Assembly: GCA_964057225.1 (NCBI GenBank)
Contig: OZ059899.1
Span: 17,856,001-17,920,000, forward strand
DNA length: 64,000 bases
Reading direction: 5' to 3'
Origin: Auanema rhodensis
Lineage: Eukaryota > Animalia > Nematoda
Part shown: positions 25,601-41,200 of the stretch, one piece after another
How positions within the stretch are numbered: the first letter of the stretch is position 1
Layout: the number at the start of each line of letters is the position of its first letter
The notes under the pieces: generated by a model
What the model was told of the DNA's origin: nothing
Seen by the model: only the letters and a program-made list of their open reading frames with translations
Database searches by the model: none
Program-made: the position numbers and the translations under genes

Positions 25601-28600
25601 TAAACGTACACGTGATGTGCACTTGGTATGTAACTCGCTTCACGTGAAAGATAAAGAGATGCGGTTTTTAAAATTAGATTCCCCATGTCCATATTAGTCT
25701 AAAAACAATTTTTTACTGATATTGGTGCATGGTAACCATGATTTTGAAATTTACGTGAACTTTAATTTATGCTAATTAAACGTACACGTGGTGTGCACTC
25801 GGTATGTAACTCGCTTCACGTGAAAGATAAAGAGATGCGGTTTTCAAAATTAGATTCCCCATGTACATATTAGTCTAAAAACAAATTTTTATTGATATTG
25901 GTGCATGGTAACCATGATTTTGAAATTTACGTGAACTTTAATTTATGCTAATTAAACGTACACGTGATGTGCACTTGGTATGTAACTCGCTTCACGTGAA
26001 AGATAAAGAGATGCGGTTTTTAAAATTAGATTCCCCATGTCCATATTAGTCTAAAAACAATTTTTTACTGATATTGGTGCATGGTAACCATGACTTTGAA
26101 ATTTACGTGAACTTTAATTTATGCTAATTAAACGTACACGTGGTGTGCACTCGGTATGTAACTCGCTTCACGTGAAAGATAAAGAGATGCGGTTTTTAAA
26201 ATTAGATTCCCCATGTCCATATTAGTCTAAAAACAATTTTTTACTGATATTGGTGCATGGTAACCATGATTTTGAAATTTACGTGAACTTTAATTTATGC
26301 TAATTAAACGTACACGTGATGTGCACTCGGTATGTAACTCGCTTCACGTGAAAGATAAAGAGATGCGGTTTTCAAAATTAGATTCCCCATGTACATATTA
26401 GTCTAAAAACAAATTTTTATTGATATTGGTGCATGGTAACCATGATTTTGAAATTTACGTGAACTTTAATTTATGCTAATTAAACGTACACGTGATGTGC
26501 ACTTGGTATGTAACTCGCTTCACGTGAAAGATAAAGAGATGCGGTTTTTAAAATTAGATTCCCCATGTCCATATTAGTCTAAAAACAATTTTTTACTGAT
26601 ATTGGTGCATGGTAACCATGACTTTGAAATTTACGTGAACTTTAATTTATGCTAATTAAACGTACACGTGGTGTGCACTCGGTATGTAACTCGCTTCACG
26701 TGAAAGATAAAGAGATGCGGTTTTTAAAATTAGATTCCCCATGTCCATATTAGTCTAAAAACAATTTTTTACTGATATTGGTGCATGGTAACCATGATTT
26801 TGAAATTTACGTGAACTTTAATTTATGCTAATTAAACGTACACGTGGTGTGCACTCGGTATGTAACTCGCTTCACGTGAAAGATAAAGAGATGCGGTTTT
26901 CAAAATTAGATTCCCCATGTCCATATTAGTCTAAAAACAAATTTTTATTGATATTGGTGCATGGTAACCATGACTTTGAAATTTACGTGAACTTTAATTT
27001 ATGCTAATTAAACGTACACGTGGTGTGCACTCGGTATGTAACTCGCTTCACGTGAAAGATAAAGAGATGCGGTTTTTAAAATTAGATTCCCCATGTCCAT
27101 ATTAGTCTAAGAACAATTTTTTACTGATATTGGTGCATGGTAACCATGATTTTGAAATTTACGTGAACTTTAATTTATGCTAATTAAACGTACACGTGAT
27201 GTGCACTTGGTATGTAACTCGCTTCACGTGAAAGATAAAGAGATGCGGTTTTTAAAATTAGATTCCCCATGTCCATATTAGTCTAAAAACAATTTTTTAC
27301 TGATATTGGTGCATGGTAACCATGACTTTGAAATTTACGTGAACTTTAATTTATGCTAATTAAACGTACACGTGGTATGCACTCGGTATGTAACTCGCTT
27401 CACGTGTAAGATAAAGAGATGCGGTTTTCAAAATTAGATTCCCCATGTCCATATTAGTCTAAAAACAAATTTTTATTGATATTGGTGCATGGTAACCATG
27501 ACTTTGAAATTTACGTGAACTTTAATTTATGCTAATTAAACGTACACGTGGTGTGCACTCGGTATGTAACTCGCTTCACGTGAAAGATAAAGAGATGCGG
27601 TTTTCAAAATTAGATTTCCCATGTCCATATTAGTCTAAAAACAAATTTTTTTTGATATTAGTGCATGGTAACCATGATTTTGAAATTTACGTGAACTTTA
27701 ATTTATGCTAATTAAATGTACACGTGGTGTGCACTCGGTATGTAACTCGCTTCACGTGAAAGATAAAGAGATGCGGTTTTCAAAATTAGATTCCCCATGT
27801 CCATATTAGTCTAAAAACAAATTTTTATTGATATTGGTGCATGGTAACCATGACTTTGAATTTTACGTGAACTTTAATTTATGCTAATTAAACGTACACG
27901 TGATGTGCACTTGGTATGTAACTCGCTTCACGTGAAAGATAAAGAGATGCGGTTTTTAAAATTAGATTCCCCATGTCCATATTAGTCTAAAAACAATTTT
28001 TTACTGATATTGGTGCATGGTAACCATGATTTTGAAATTTACGTGAACTTTAATTTATGCTAATTAAACGTACACGTGGTGTGCACTCGGTATGTAACTC
28101 GCTTCACGTGTAAGATAAAGAGATGCGGTTTTCAAAATTAGATTCCCCATGTCCATATTAGTCTAAAAACAAATTTTTATTGATATTGGTGCATGGTAAC
28201 CATGATTTTGAAATTTACGTGAACTTTAATTTATGCTAATTAAACGTACACGTGATGTGCACTTGGTATGTAACTCGCTTCACGTGAAAGATAAAGAGAT
28301 GCGGTTTTTAAAATTAGATTCCCCATGTCCATATTAGTCTAAAAACAATTTTTTACTGATATTGGTGCATGGTAACCATGATTTTGAAATTTACGTGAAC
28401 TTTAATTTATGCTAATTAAACGTACACGTGGTGTGCACTCGGTATGTAACTCGCTTCACGTGAAAGATAAAGAGATGCGGTTTTCAAAATTAGATTCCCC
28501 ATGTCCATATTAGTCTAAAAACAAATTTTTATTGATATTGGTGCATGGTAACCATGACTTTGAAATTTACGTGAACTTTAATTTATGCTAATTAAACGTA

Positions 28601-30730
28601 CACGTGGTGTGCACTCGGTATGTAACTCGCTTCACGTGAAAGATAAAGAGATGCGGTTTTTAAAATTAGATTCCCCATGTCCATATTAGTCTAAAAACAA
28701 TTTTTTACTGATATTGGTGCATGGTAACCATGACTTTGAAATTTACGTGAACTTTAATTTATGCTAATTAAACGTACACGTGGTGTGCACTCGGTATGTA
28801 ACTCGCTTCACGTGTAAGATAAAGAGATGCGGTTTTCAAAATTAGATTCCCCATGTCCATATTAGTCTAAAAACAAATTTTTATTGATATTGGTGCATGG
28901 TAACCATGATTTTGAAATTTACGTGAACTTTAATTTATGCTAATTAAACGTACACGTGATGTGCACTTGGTATGTAACTCGCTTCACGTGAAAGATAAAG
29001 AGATGCGGTTTTTGAAATTAGATTCCCCATGTCCATATTAGTCTAAAAACAATTTTTTACTGATATTGGTGCATGGTAACCATGATTTTGAAATTTACGT
29101 GAACTTTAATTTATGCTAATTAAACGTACACGTGGTGTGCACTCGGTATGTAACTCGCTTCACGTGAAAGATAAAGAGATGCGGTTTTCAAAATTAGATT
29201 CCCCATGTCCATATTAGTCTAAAAACAAATTTTTTTTGATATTGGTGCATGGTAACCATGATTTTGAAATTTACGTGAACTTTAATTTATGCTAATTAAA
29301 CGTACACGTGGTGTGCACTCGGTATGTAACTCGCTTCACGTGAAAGATAAAGAGATGCTGTTTTCAAAATTAGATTCCCCATGTCCATATTAGTCTAAAA
29401 ACAAATTTTTATTGATATTGGTGCACGGTAACCATGACTTTGAAATTTACGTGAACTTTAATTTATGCTACATAAATGTACACGTGATGTGCACTTGGTA
29501 TGTAACTCGCTTCACGTGAAAGATAAAGAGATGCGGTTTTCAAAATTAGATTCCCCATGTCCATATTAGTCTAAAAACAAATTTTTATTGATATTGGTGC
29601 ATGGTAACCATGACTTTGAAATTTACGTGAACTTTAATTTATGCTAATTAAACGTACACGTGGTGTGCACTCGGTATGTAACTCGCTTCACGTGAAAGAT
29701 AAAGAGATGCGGTTTCCAAAATTAGATTCCCCATGTCCATATTAGTCTAAAAACAAATTTTTTTTGATATTGGTGCATGGTAACCATGATTTTGAAATTT
29801 ACGTGAACTTTAATTTATGCTAATTAAATGTACACGTGGTGTGCACTCGGTATGTAACTCGCTTCACGTGAAAGATAAAGAGATGCGGTTTTCAAAATTA
29901 GATTCCCCATGTCCATATTAGTCTAAAAACAAATTTTTATTGATATTGGTGCATGGTAACCATGACTTTGAATTTTACGTGAACTTTAATTTATGCTAAT
30001 TAAACGTACACGTGATGTGCACTTGGTATGTAACTCGCTTCACGTGAAAGATAAAGAGATGCGGTTTTTAAAATTAGATTCCCCATGTCCATATTAGTCT
30101 AAAAACAATTTTTTACTGATATTGGTGCATGGTAACCATGATTTTGAAATTTACGTGAACTTTAATTTATGCTAATTAAACGTACACGTGATGTGCACTT
30201 GGTATGTAACTCGCTTCACGTGAAAGATAAAGAGATGCGGTTTTTTAAATTAGATTCCCCATGTCCATATTAGTCTAAAAACAATTTTTTACTGATATTG
30301 GTGCATGGTAACCATGACTTTGAAATTTACGTGAACTTTAATTTATGCTAATTAAACGTACACGTGGTGTGCACTCGGTATGTAACTCGCTTCACGTGTA
30401 AGATAAAGAGATGCGGTTTTCAAAATTAGATTCCCCATGTCCATATTAGTCTAAAAACAAATTTTTATTGATATTGGTGCATGGTAACCATGATTTTGAA
30501 ATTTACGTGAACTTTAATTTATGCTAATTAAACGTACACGTGATGTGCACTTGGTATGTAACTCGCTTCACGTGAAAGATAAAGAGATGCGGTTTTCAAA
30601 ATTAGATTCCCCATGTCCATATTAGTCTAAAAACAAATTTTTATTGATATTGGTGCATGGTAACCATGACTTTGAAATTTACGTGAACTTTAATTTATGC
30701 TAATTAAACGTACACGTGATGTGCACTTGG

Positions 30731-33700
30731 TATGTAACTCGCTTCACGTGAAAGATAAAGAGATGCGGTTTTTATTGATATTGGTGCATGGTAACCATGA
30801 CTTTGAAATTTACGTGAACTTTAATTTATGCTAATTAAACGTACACGTGGTGTGCACTCGGTATGTAACTCGCTTCACGTGAAAGATAAAGAGATGCGGT
30901 TTTCAAAATTAGATTCCCCATGTCCATATTAGTCTAAAAACAAATTTTTATTGATATTGGTGCATGGTAACCATGATTTTGAAATTTACGTGAACTTTAA
31001 TTTATGCTAATTAAACGTACACGTGATGTGCACTTGGTATGTAACTCGCTTCACGTGAAAGATAAAGAGATGCGGTATTCAAAATTAGATTCCCCATGTC
31101 CATATTAGTCTAAAAACAATTTTTTACTGATATTGGTGCATGGTAACCATGACTTTGAAATTTACGTGAACTTTAATTTATGCTAATTAAACGTACACGT
31201 GGTGTGCACTCGGTATGTAACTCGCTTCACGTGAAAGATAAAGAGATGCGGTTTTTAAAATTAGATTCCCCATGTCCATATTAGTCTAAAAACAATTTTT
31301 TACTGATATTGGTGCATGGTAACCATGATTTTGAAATTTACGTGAACTTTAATTTATGCTAATTAAACGTACACGTGGTGTGCACTCGGTATGTAACTCG
31401 CTTCACGTGAAAGATAAAGAGATGCGGTTTTCAAAATTAGATTCCCCATGTCCATATTAGTCTAAAAACAAATTTTTATTGATATTGGTGCATGGTAACC
31501 ATGACTTTGAAATTTACGTGAACTTTAATTTATGCTAATTAAACGTACACGTGGTGTGCACTCGGTATGTAACTCGCTTCACGTGAAAGATAAAGAGATG
31601 CGGTTTTTAAAATTAGATTCCCCATGTCCATATTAGTCTAAAAACAATTTTTTACTGATATTGGTGAATGGTAACCATGATTTTGAAATTTACGTGAACT
31701 TTAATTTATGCTAATTAAACGTACACGTGATGTGCACTTGGTATGTAACTCGCTTCACGTGAAAGATAAAGAGATGCGGTTTTTAAAATTAGATTCCCCA
31801 TGTCCATATTAGTCTAAAAACAATTTTTTACTGATATTGGTGCATGGTAACCATGACTTTGAAATTTACGTGAACTTTAATTTATGCTAATTAAACGTAC
31901 ACGTGGTATGCACTCGGTATGTAACTCGCTTCACGTGTAAGATAAAGAGATGCGGTTTTTACAATTAGATTCCCCATGTCCATATTAGTCTAAAAACAAT
32001 TTCTTACTGATATTGGTGCATGGTAACCATGACTTTGAAATTTACGTGAACTTTAATTTATGCTAATTAAACGTACACGTGGTGTGCACTCGGTATGTAA
32101 CTCGCTTCACGTGTAAGATAAAGAGATGCGGTTTTCAAAATTAGATTTCCCATGTCCATATTAGTCTAAAAACAAATTTTTATTGATATTGGTGCATGGT
32201 AACCATGATTTTGAAATTTACGTGAACTTTAATTTATGCTAATTAAACGTACACGTGATGTGCACTTGGTATGTAACTCGCTTCACGTGAAAGATAAAGA
32301 GATGCGGTTTTTAAAATTAGATTCCCCATGTCCATATTAGTCTAAAAACAAATTTTTATTGATATTGGTGCATGGTAACCATGATTTTGAAATTTACGTG
32401 AACTTTAATTTATGCTAATTAAACGTACACGTGGTGTGCACTCGGTATGTAACTCGCTTCACGTGAAAGATAAAGAGATGCGGTTTTCAAAATTAGATTC
32501 CCCATGTACATATTAGTCTAAAAACAAATTTTTATTGATATTGGTGCATGGTAACCATGATTTTGAAATTTACGTGAACTTTAATTTATGCTAATTAAAC
32601 GTACACGTGATGTGCACTTGGTATGTAACTCGCTTCACGTGAAAGATAAAGAGATGCGGTTTTTATTGATATTGGTGCATGGTAACCATGATTTTGAAAT
32701 TTACGTGAACTTTAATTTATGCTAATTAAACGTACACGTGATGTGCACTTGGTATGTAACTCGCTTCACGTGAAAGATAAATAGATGCGGTTTTTAAAAT
32801 TAGATTCCCCATGTCCATATTAGTCTAAAAACAATTTTTTACTGATATTGGTGCATGGTAACCATGATTTTGAAATTTACGTGAACTTTAATTTATGCTA
32901 ATTAAACGTACACGTGGTGTGCACTCGGTATGTAACTCGCTTCACGTGAAAGTTAAAGAGATGCGGTTTTTAAAATTAGATTCCCCATGTCCATATTAGT
33001 CTAAAAACAATTTTTTACTGATATTGGTGCATGGTAACCATGACTTTGAAATTTACGTGAACTTTAATTTATGCTAATTAAACGTACACGTGATGTGCAC
33101 TTGGTATGTAACTCGCTTCACGTGAAAGATAAAGAGATGCGGTTTTTAAAATTAGATTCCCCATGTCCATATTAGTCTAAAAACAATTTTTTACTGATAT
33201 TGGTGCATGGTAACCATGATTTTGAAATTTACGTGAACTTTAATTTATGCTAATTAAACGTACACGTGATGTGCACTTGGTATGTAACTCGCTTCACGTG
33301 AAAGATAAAGAGATGCGGTTTTTACAATTAGATTCCCCATGTCCATATTAGTCTAAAAACAATTTCTTACTGATATTGGTGCATGGTAACCATGACTTTG
33401 AAATTTACGTGAACTTTAATTTATGCTAATTAAACGTACACGTGGTGTGCACTCGGTATGTAACTCGCTTCACGTGTAAGATAAAGAGATGCGGTTTTCA
33501 AAATTAGATTTCCCATGTCCATATTAGTCTAAAAACAAATTTTTATTGATATTGGTGCATGGTAACCATGATTTTGAAATTTACGTGAACTTTAATTTAT
33601 GCTAATTAAACGTACACGTGATGTGCACTTGGTATGTAACTCGCTTCACGTGAAAGATAAAGAGATGCGGTTTTTAAAATTAGATTCCCCATGTCCATAT

Positions 33701-36534
33701 TAGTCTAAAAACAAATTTTTATTGATATTGGTGCATGGTAACCATGATTTTGAAATTTACGTGAACTTTAATTTATGCTAATTAAACGTACACGTGGTGT
33801 GCACTCGGTATGTAACTCGCTTCACGTGAAAGATAAAGAGATGCGGTTTTCAAAATTAGATTCCCCATGTACATATTAGTCTAAAAACAAATTTTTATTG
33901 ATATTGGTGCATGGTAACCATGATTTTGAAATTTACGTGAACTTTAATTTATGCTAATTAAACGTACACGTGATGTGCACTTGGTATGTAACTCGCTTCA
34001 CGTGAAAGATAAAGAGATGCGGTTTTTATTGATATTGGTGCATGGTAACCATGATTTTGAAATTTACGTGAACTTTAATTTATGCTAATTAAACGTACAC
34101 GTGATGTGCACTTGGTATGTAACTCGCTTCACGTGAAAGATAAAGAGATGCGGTTTTTAAAATTAGATTCCCCATGTCCATATTAGTCTAAAAACAATTT
34201 TTTACTGATATTGGTGCATGGTAACCATGATTTTGAAATTTACGTGAACTTTAATTTATGCTAATTAAACGTACACGTGGTGTGCACTCGGTATGTAACT
34301 CGCTTCACGTGAAAGATAAAGAGATGCGGTTTTTAAAATTAGATTCCCCATGTCCATATTAGTCTAAAAACAATTTTTTACTGATATTGGTGCATGGTAA
34401 CCATGATTTTGAAATTTACGTGAACTTTAATTTATGCTAATTAAATGTACACGTGGTGTGCACTCGGTATGTAACTCGCTTCACGTGAAAGATAAAGAGA
34501 TGCGGTTTTCAAAATTAGATTCCCCATGTCCATATTAGTCTAAAAACAAATTTTTATTGATATTGGTGCATGGTAACCATGACTTTGAATTTTACGTGAA
34601 CTTTAATTTATGCTAATTAAACGTACACGTGATGTGCACTTGGTATGTAACTCGCTTCACGTGAAAGATAAAGAGATGCGGTTTTTAAAATTAGATTCCC
34701 CATGTCCATATTAGTCTAAAAACAAATTTTTTTTGATATTGGTGCATGGTAACCATGATTTTGAAATTTACGTGAACTTTAATTTATGCTAATTAAATGT
34801 ACACGTGATGTGCACTCGGTATGTAACTCGCTTCACGTGTAAGATAAAGAGATGCGGTTTTCAAAATTAGATTCCCCATGTCCATATTAGTCTAAAAACA
34901 AATTTTTATTGATATTGGTGCATGGTAACCATGATTTTCAAATTTACGTGAACTTTAATTTATGCTAATTAAACGTACACGTGATGTGCACTCGGTATGT
35001 AACTCGCTTCACGTGAAAGATAAAGAGATGCAGTTTTCAAAATTAGATTCCCCATGTCCATATTAGTCTAAAAACAATTTTTTACTGATATTGGTGCATG
35101 GTAACCATGACTTTGAAATTTACGTGAACTTTAATTTATGCTAATTAAACGTACACGTGGTGTGCACTCGGTATGTAACTCGCTTCACGTGAAAGATAAA
35201 GAGATGCAGTTATCAAAATTAGATTCCCCATGTCCATATTAGTCTAAAAACAAATTTTTATTGATATTGGTGCATGGTAACCATGACTTTGAAATTTACG
35301 TGAACTTTAATTTATGCTAATTAAACGTACACGTGATGTGCACTCGGTATGTAACTCGCTTCACGTGAAAGTTAAAGAGATGCGGTTTTTAAAATTAGAT
35401 TCCCCATGTCCATATTAGTCTAAAAACAATTTTTTACTGATATTGGTGCATGGTAACCATGACTTTGAAATTTACGTGAACTTTAATTTATGCTAATTAA
35501 ACGTACACGTGATGTGCACTTGGTATGTAACTCGCTTCACGTGAAAGATAAAGAGATGCGGTTTTTAAAATTAGATTCCCCATGTCCATATTAGTCTAAA
35601 AACAATTTTTTACTGATATTGGTGCATGGTAACCATGATTTTGAAATTTACGTGAACTTTAATTTATGCTAATTAAACGTACACGTGATGTGCACTTGGT
35701 ATGTAACTCGCTTCACGTGAAAGATAAAGAGATGCGGTTTTTACAATTAGATTCCCCATGTCCATATTAGTCTAAAAACAATTTCTTACTGATATTGGTG
35801 CATGGTAACCATGACTTTGAAATTTACGTGAACTTTAATTTATGCTAATTAAACGTACACGTGGTGTGCACTCGGTATGTAACTCGCTTCACGTGTAAGA
35901 TAAAGAGATGCGGTTTTCAAAATTAGATTTCCCATGTCCATATTAGTCTAAAAACAAATTTTTATTGATATTGGTGCATGGTAACCATGATTTTGAAATT
36001 TACGTGAACTTTAATTTATGCTAATTAAACGTACACGTGATGTGCACTTGGTATGTAACTCGCTTCACGTGAAAGATAAAGAGATGCGGTTTTTAAAATT
36101 AGATTCCCCATGTCCATATTAGTCTAAAAACAAATTTTTATTGATATTGGTGCATGGTAACCATGATTTTGAAATTTACGTGAACTTTAATTTATGCTAA
36201 TTAAACGTACACGTGGTGTGCACTCGGTATGTAACTCGCTTCACGTGAAAGATAAAGAGATGCGGTTTTCAAAATTAGATTCCCCATGTACATATTAGTC
36301 TAAAAACAAATTTTTATTGATATTGGTGCATGGTAACCATGATTTTGAAATTTACGTGAACTTTAATTTATGCTAATTAAACGTACACGTGATGTGCACT
36401 TGGTATGTAACTCGCTTCACGTGAAAGATAAAGAGATGCGGTTTTTATTGATATTGGTGCATGGTAACCATGATTTTGAAATTTACGTGAACTTTAATTT
36501 ATGCTAATTAAACGTACACGTGATGTGCACTTGG
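30731..36534. repeat. HOR domain containing four 131-bp deletion monomers (30731-30861, 32622-32752, 33985-34115, 36404-36534)
   Basis: Each reads GATGCGGTTTTTATTGATA, a 45-bp deletion between two TTTTTA motifs. Spacings are 1891, 1363 and 2419 bp (11-, 8- and 14-mers). Confidence 0.93.
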
Positions 36535-38294
36535 TATGTAACTCGCTTCACGTGAAAGATAAAGAGATGCGGTTTTTAAAATTAGATTCCCCATGTCCAT
36601 ATTAGTCTAAAAACAATTTTTTACTGATATTGGTGCATGGTAACCATGATTTTGAAATTTACGTGAACTTTAATTTATGCTAATTAAACGTACACGTGGT
36701 GTGCACTCGGTATGTAACTCGCTTCACGTGAAAGATAAAGAGATGCGGTTTTTAAAATTAGATTCCCCATGTCCATATTAGTCTAAAAACAATTTTTTAC
36801 TGATATTGGTGCATGGTAACCATGATTTTGAAATTTACGTGAACTTTAATTTATGCTAATTAAATGTACACGTGGTGTGCACTCGGTATGTAACTCGCTT
36901 CACGTGAAAGATAAAGAGATGCGGTTTTCAAAATTAGATTCCCCATGTCCATATTAGTCTAAAAACAAATTTTTATTGATATTGGTGCATGGTAACCATG
37001 ACTTTGAATTTTACGTGAACTTTAATTTATGCTAATTAAACGTACACGTGATGTGCACTTGGTATGTAACTCGCTTCACGTGAAAGATAAAGAGATGCGG
37101 TTTTTAAAATTAGATTCCCCATGTCCATATTAGTCTAAAAACAAATTTTTTTTGATATTGGTGCATGGTAACCATGATTTTGAAATTTACGTGAACTTTA
37201 ATTTATGCTAATTAAATGTACACGTGATGTGCACTCGGTATGTAACTCGCTTCACGTGTAAGATAAATAGATGCGGTTTTCAAAATTAGATTCCCCATGT
37301 CCATATTAGTCTAAAAACAAATTTTTATTGATATTGGTGCATGGTAACCATGATTTTCAAATTTACGTGAACTTTAATTTATGCTAATTAAACGTACACG
37401 TGATGTGCACTTGGTATGTAACTCGCTTCACGTGAAAGATAAAGAGATGCGGTTTTTAAAATTAGATTCCCCATGTCCATATTAGTCTAAAAACAAATTT
37501 TTATTGATATTGGTGCATGGTAACCATGATTTTGAAATTTACGTGAACTTTAATTTATGCTAATTAAACGTACACGTGATGTGCACTCGGTATGTAACTC
37601 GCTTCACGTGAAAGATAAAGAGATGCGGTTTTCAAAATTAGATTCCCCATGTCCATATTAGTCTAAAAACAATTTTTTACTGATATTGGTGCATGGTAAC
37701 CATGACTTTGAAATTTACGTGAACTTTAATTTATGCTAATTAAACGTACACGTGGTGTGCACTCGGTATGTAACTCGCTTCACGTGAAAGATAAAGAGAT
37801 GCAGTTATCAAAATTAGATTCCCCATGTCCATATTAGTCTAAAAACAAATTTTTATTGATATTGGTGCATGGTAACCATGACTTTGAAATTTACGTGAAC
37901 TTTAATTTATGCTAATTAAACGTACACGTGATGTGCACTCGGTATGTAACTCGCTTCACGTGAAAGATAAAGAGATGCGGTTTTCAAAATTAGATTCCCC
38001 ATGTCCATATTAGTCTAAAAACAATTTTTTATTGATATTGGTGCATGGTAACCATGACTTTGAAATTTACGTGAACTTTAATTTATGCTAATTAAACGTA
38101 CACGTGGTGTGCACTCGGTATGTAACTCGCTTCACGTGAAAGATAAAGAGATGCAGTTATCAAAATTAGATTCCCCATGTCCATATTAGTCTAAAAACAA
38201 ATTTTTATTGATATTGGTGCATGGTAACCATGACTTTGAAATTTACGTGAACTTTAATTTATGCTAATTAAACGTACACGTGGTGTGCACTCGG

Positions 38295-41200
38295 TATGTA
38301 ACTCGCTTCACGTGAAAGATAAAGAGAAGCGGTTTTCAAAATTAGATTCCCCATGTCCATATTAGTCTAAAAACAAATTTTTTTTGATATTGGTGCATGG
38401 TAACCATGATTTTGAAATTTACGTGAACTTTAATTTATGCTAATTAAACGTACACGTGATGTGCACTCGGTATGTAACTCGCTTCACGTGAAAGATAAAG
38501 AGATGCGGTTTTCAAAATTAGATTCCCCATGTCCATATTAGTCTAAAAACAAATTTTTATTGATATTGGTGCATGGTAACCATGATTTTGAAATTTACGT
38601 GAACTTTAATTTATGCTACATAAATGTACACGTGGTGTGCACTCGGTATGTAACTCGCTTCACGTGAAAGATAAAGAGATGCGGTTTTCAAAATTAGATT
38701 CCCCATGTCCATATTAGTCTAAAAACAATTTTTTATTGATATTGGTGCATGGTAACCATGATTTTGAAATTTACGTGAACTTTAATTTATGCTACATAAA
38801 TGTACACGTGATGTGCACTTGGTATGTAACTCGCTTCACGTGAAAGATAAAAAGATGCGGTTTTTAAAATTAGATTCCCCATGTCCATATTAGTCTAAAA
38901 ACAATTTTTTACTGATATTGGTGCATGGTAACCATGACTTTGAAATTTACGTGAACTTTAATTTATGCTAATTAAACGTACACGTGGTGTGCACTCGGTA
39001 TGTAACTCGCTTCACGTGTAAGATAAAGAGATGCGGTTTTTAAAATTAGATTCCCCATGTCCATATTAGTCTAAAAACAAATTTTTATTGATATTGGTGC
39101 ATGGTAACCATGACTTTGAAATTTACGTGAACTTTAATTTATGCTAATTAAACGTACACGTGGTGTGCACTTGGTATGTAACTCGCTTCACGTGAAAGAT
39201 AAAAAGATGCGGTTTTTAAAATTAGATTCCCCATGTCCATATTAGTCTAAAAACAATTTTTTACTGATATTGGTGCATGGTAACCATGATTTTGAAATTT
39301 ACGTGAACTTTAATTTATGCTAATTAAACGTACACGTGGTGTGCACTCGGTATGTAACTCGCTTCACGTGAAAGATAAAGAGATGCGGTTTTCAAAATTA
39401 GATTCCCCATGTCCATATTAGTCTAAAAACAAATTTTTATTGATATTGGTGCATGGTAACCATGACTTTGAAATTTACGTGAACTTTAATTTATGCCTTT
39501 TTTTTACGTACACGTGATGTGCACTTGGTATGTAACTCGCTTCACGTGAAAGATAAAGAGATGCGGTTTTTAAAATTAAATTCCCCATATCCATATTAGT
39601 CTAAAAACAAATTTTTATTGATATTGGTGCATGGTAACCATGACTTTGAAATTTACGTGAACTTTAATTTATGCTAATTAAATGTACACGTGGTGTGCAC
39701 TCGGTATGTAACTCGCTTCACGTGAAAGATAAAGAGATGCGGTTTTCAAAATTAGATTCCCCATGTCCATATTAGTCTAAAAACAAATTTTTATTGATAT
39801 TGGTGCATGGTAACCATGACTTTGAATTTTACGTGAACTTTAATTTATGCTAATTGAATGTACACGTGGTGTGCACTCGGTATGTAACTCGCTTCACGTG
39901 AAAGATAAAAAGATGCGCTTTTTAAAATTAGATTCCCCATGTCCATATTAGTCTAAAAACAATTTTTTATTGATATTGGTGCATGGTAACCATGACTTTG
40001 AAATTTACGTGAACTTTAATTTATGCTAATTAAACGTACACGTGGTGTGCACTCGGTATGTAACTCGCTTCACGTGTAAGATAAAGAGATGCGGTTTTCA
40101 AAATTAGATTCCCCATGTCCATATTAGTCTAAAAACAAATTTTTATTGATATTGGTGCATGGTAACCATGACTTTGAAATTTACGTGAACTTTAATTTAT
40201 GCTAATTAAACGTACACGTGGTGTGCACTCGGTATGTAACTCGCTTCACGTGTAAGATAAAGAGATGCGGTTTTCAAAATTAGATTCCCCATGTCCATAT
40301 TAGTCTAAAAACAAATTTTTATTGATATTGGTGCATGGTAACCATGACTTTGAAATTTACGTGAACTTTAATTTATGCTAATTAAACGTACACGTGTTGT
40401 GCACTCGGTATGTAACTCGCTTCACGTGAAAGATAAAGAGAAGCGGTTTTCAAAATTAGATTCCCCATGTCCATATTAGTCTAAAAACAAATTTTTTTTG
40501 ATATTGGTGCATGGTAACCATGATTTTGAAATTTACGTGAACTTTAATTTATGCTAATTAAACGTACACGTGATGTGCACTCGGTATGTAACTCGCTTCA
40601 CGTGAAAGATAAAGAGATGCGGTTTTCAAAATTAGATTCCCCATGTCCATATTAGTCTAAAAACAAATTTTTATTGATATTGGTGCATGGTAACCATGAT
40701 TTTGAAATTTACGTGAACTTTAATTTATGCTACATAAATGTACACGTGGTGTGCACTCGGTATGTAACTCGCTTCACGTGAAAGATAAAGAGATGCGGTT
40801 TTCAAAATTAGATTCCCCATGTCCATATTAGTCTAAAAACAATTTTTTATTGATATTGGTGCATGGTAACCATGATTTTGAAATTTACGTGAACTTTAAT
40901 TTATGCTACATAAATGTACACGTGATGTGCACTTGGTATGTAACTCGCTTCACGTGAAAGATAAAAAGATGCGGTTTTTAAAATTAGATTCCCCATGTCC
41001 ATATTAGTCTAAAAACAAATTTTTATTGATATTGGTGCATGGTAACCATGACTTTGAAATTTACGTGAACTTTAATTTATGCTAATTAAACGTACACGTG
41101 GTGTGCACTTGGTATGTAACTCGCTTCACGTGAAAGATAAAAAGATGCGGTTTTTAAAATTAGATTCCCCATGTCCATATTAGTCTAAAAACAATTTTTT

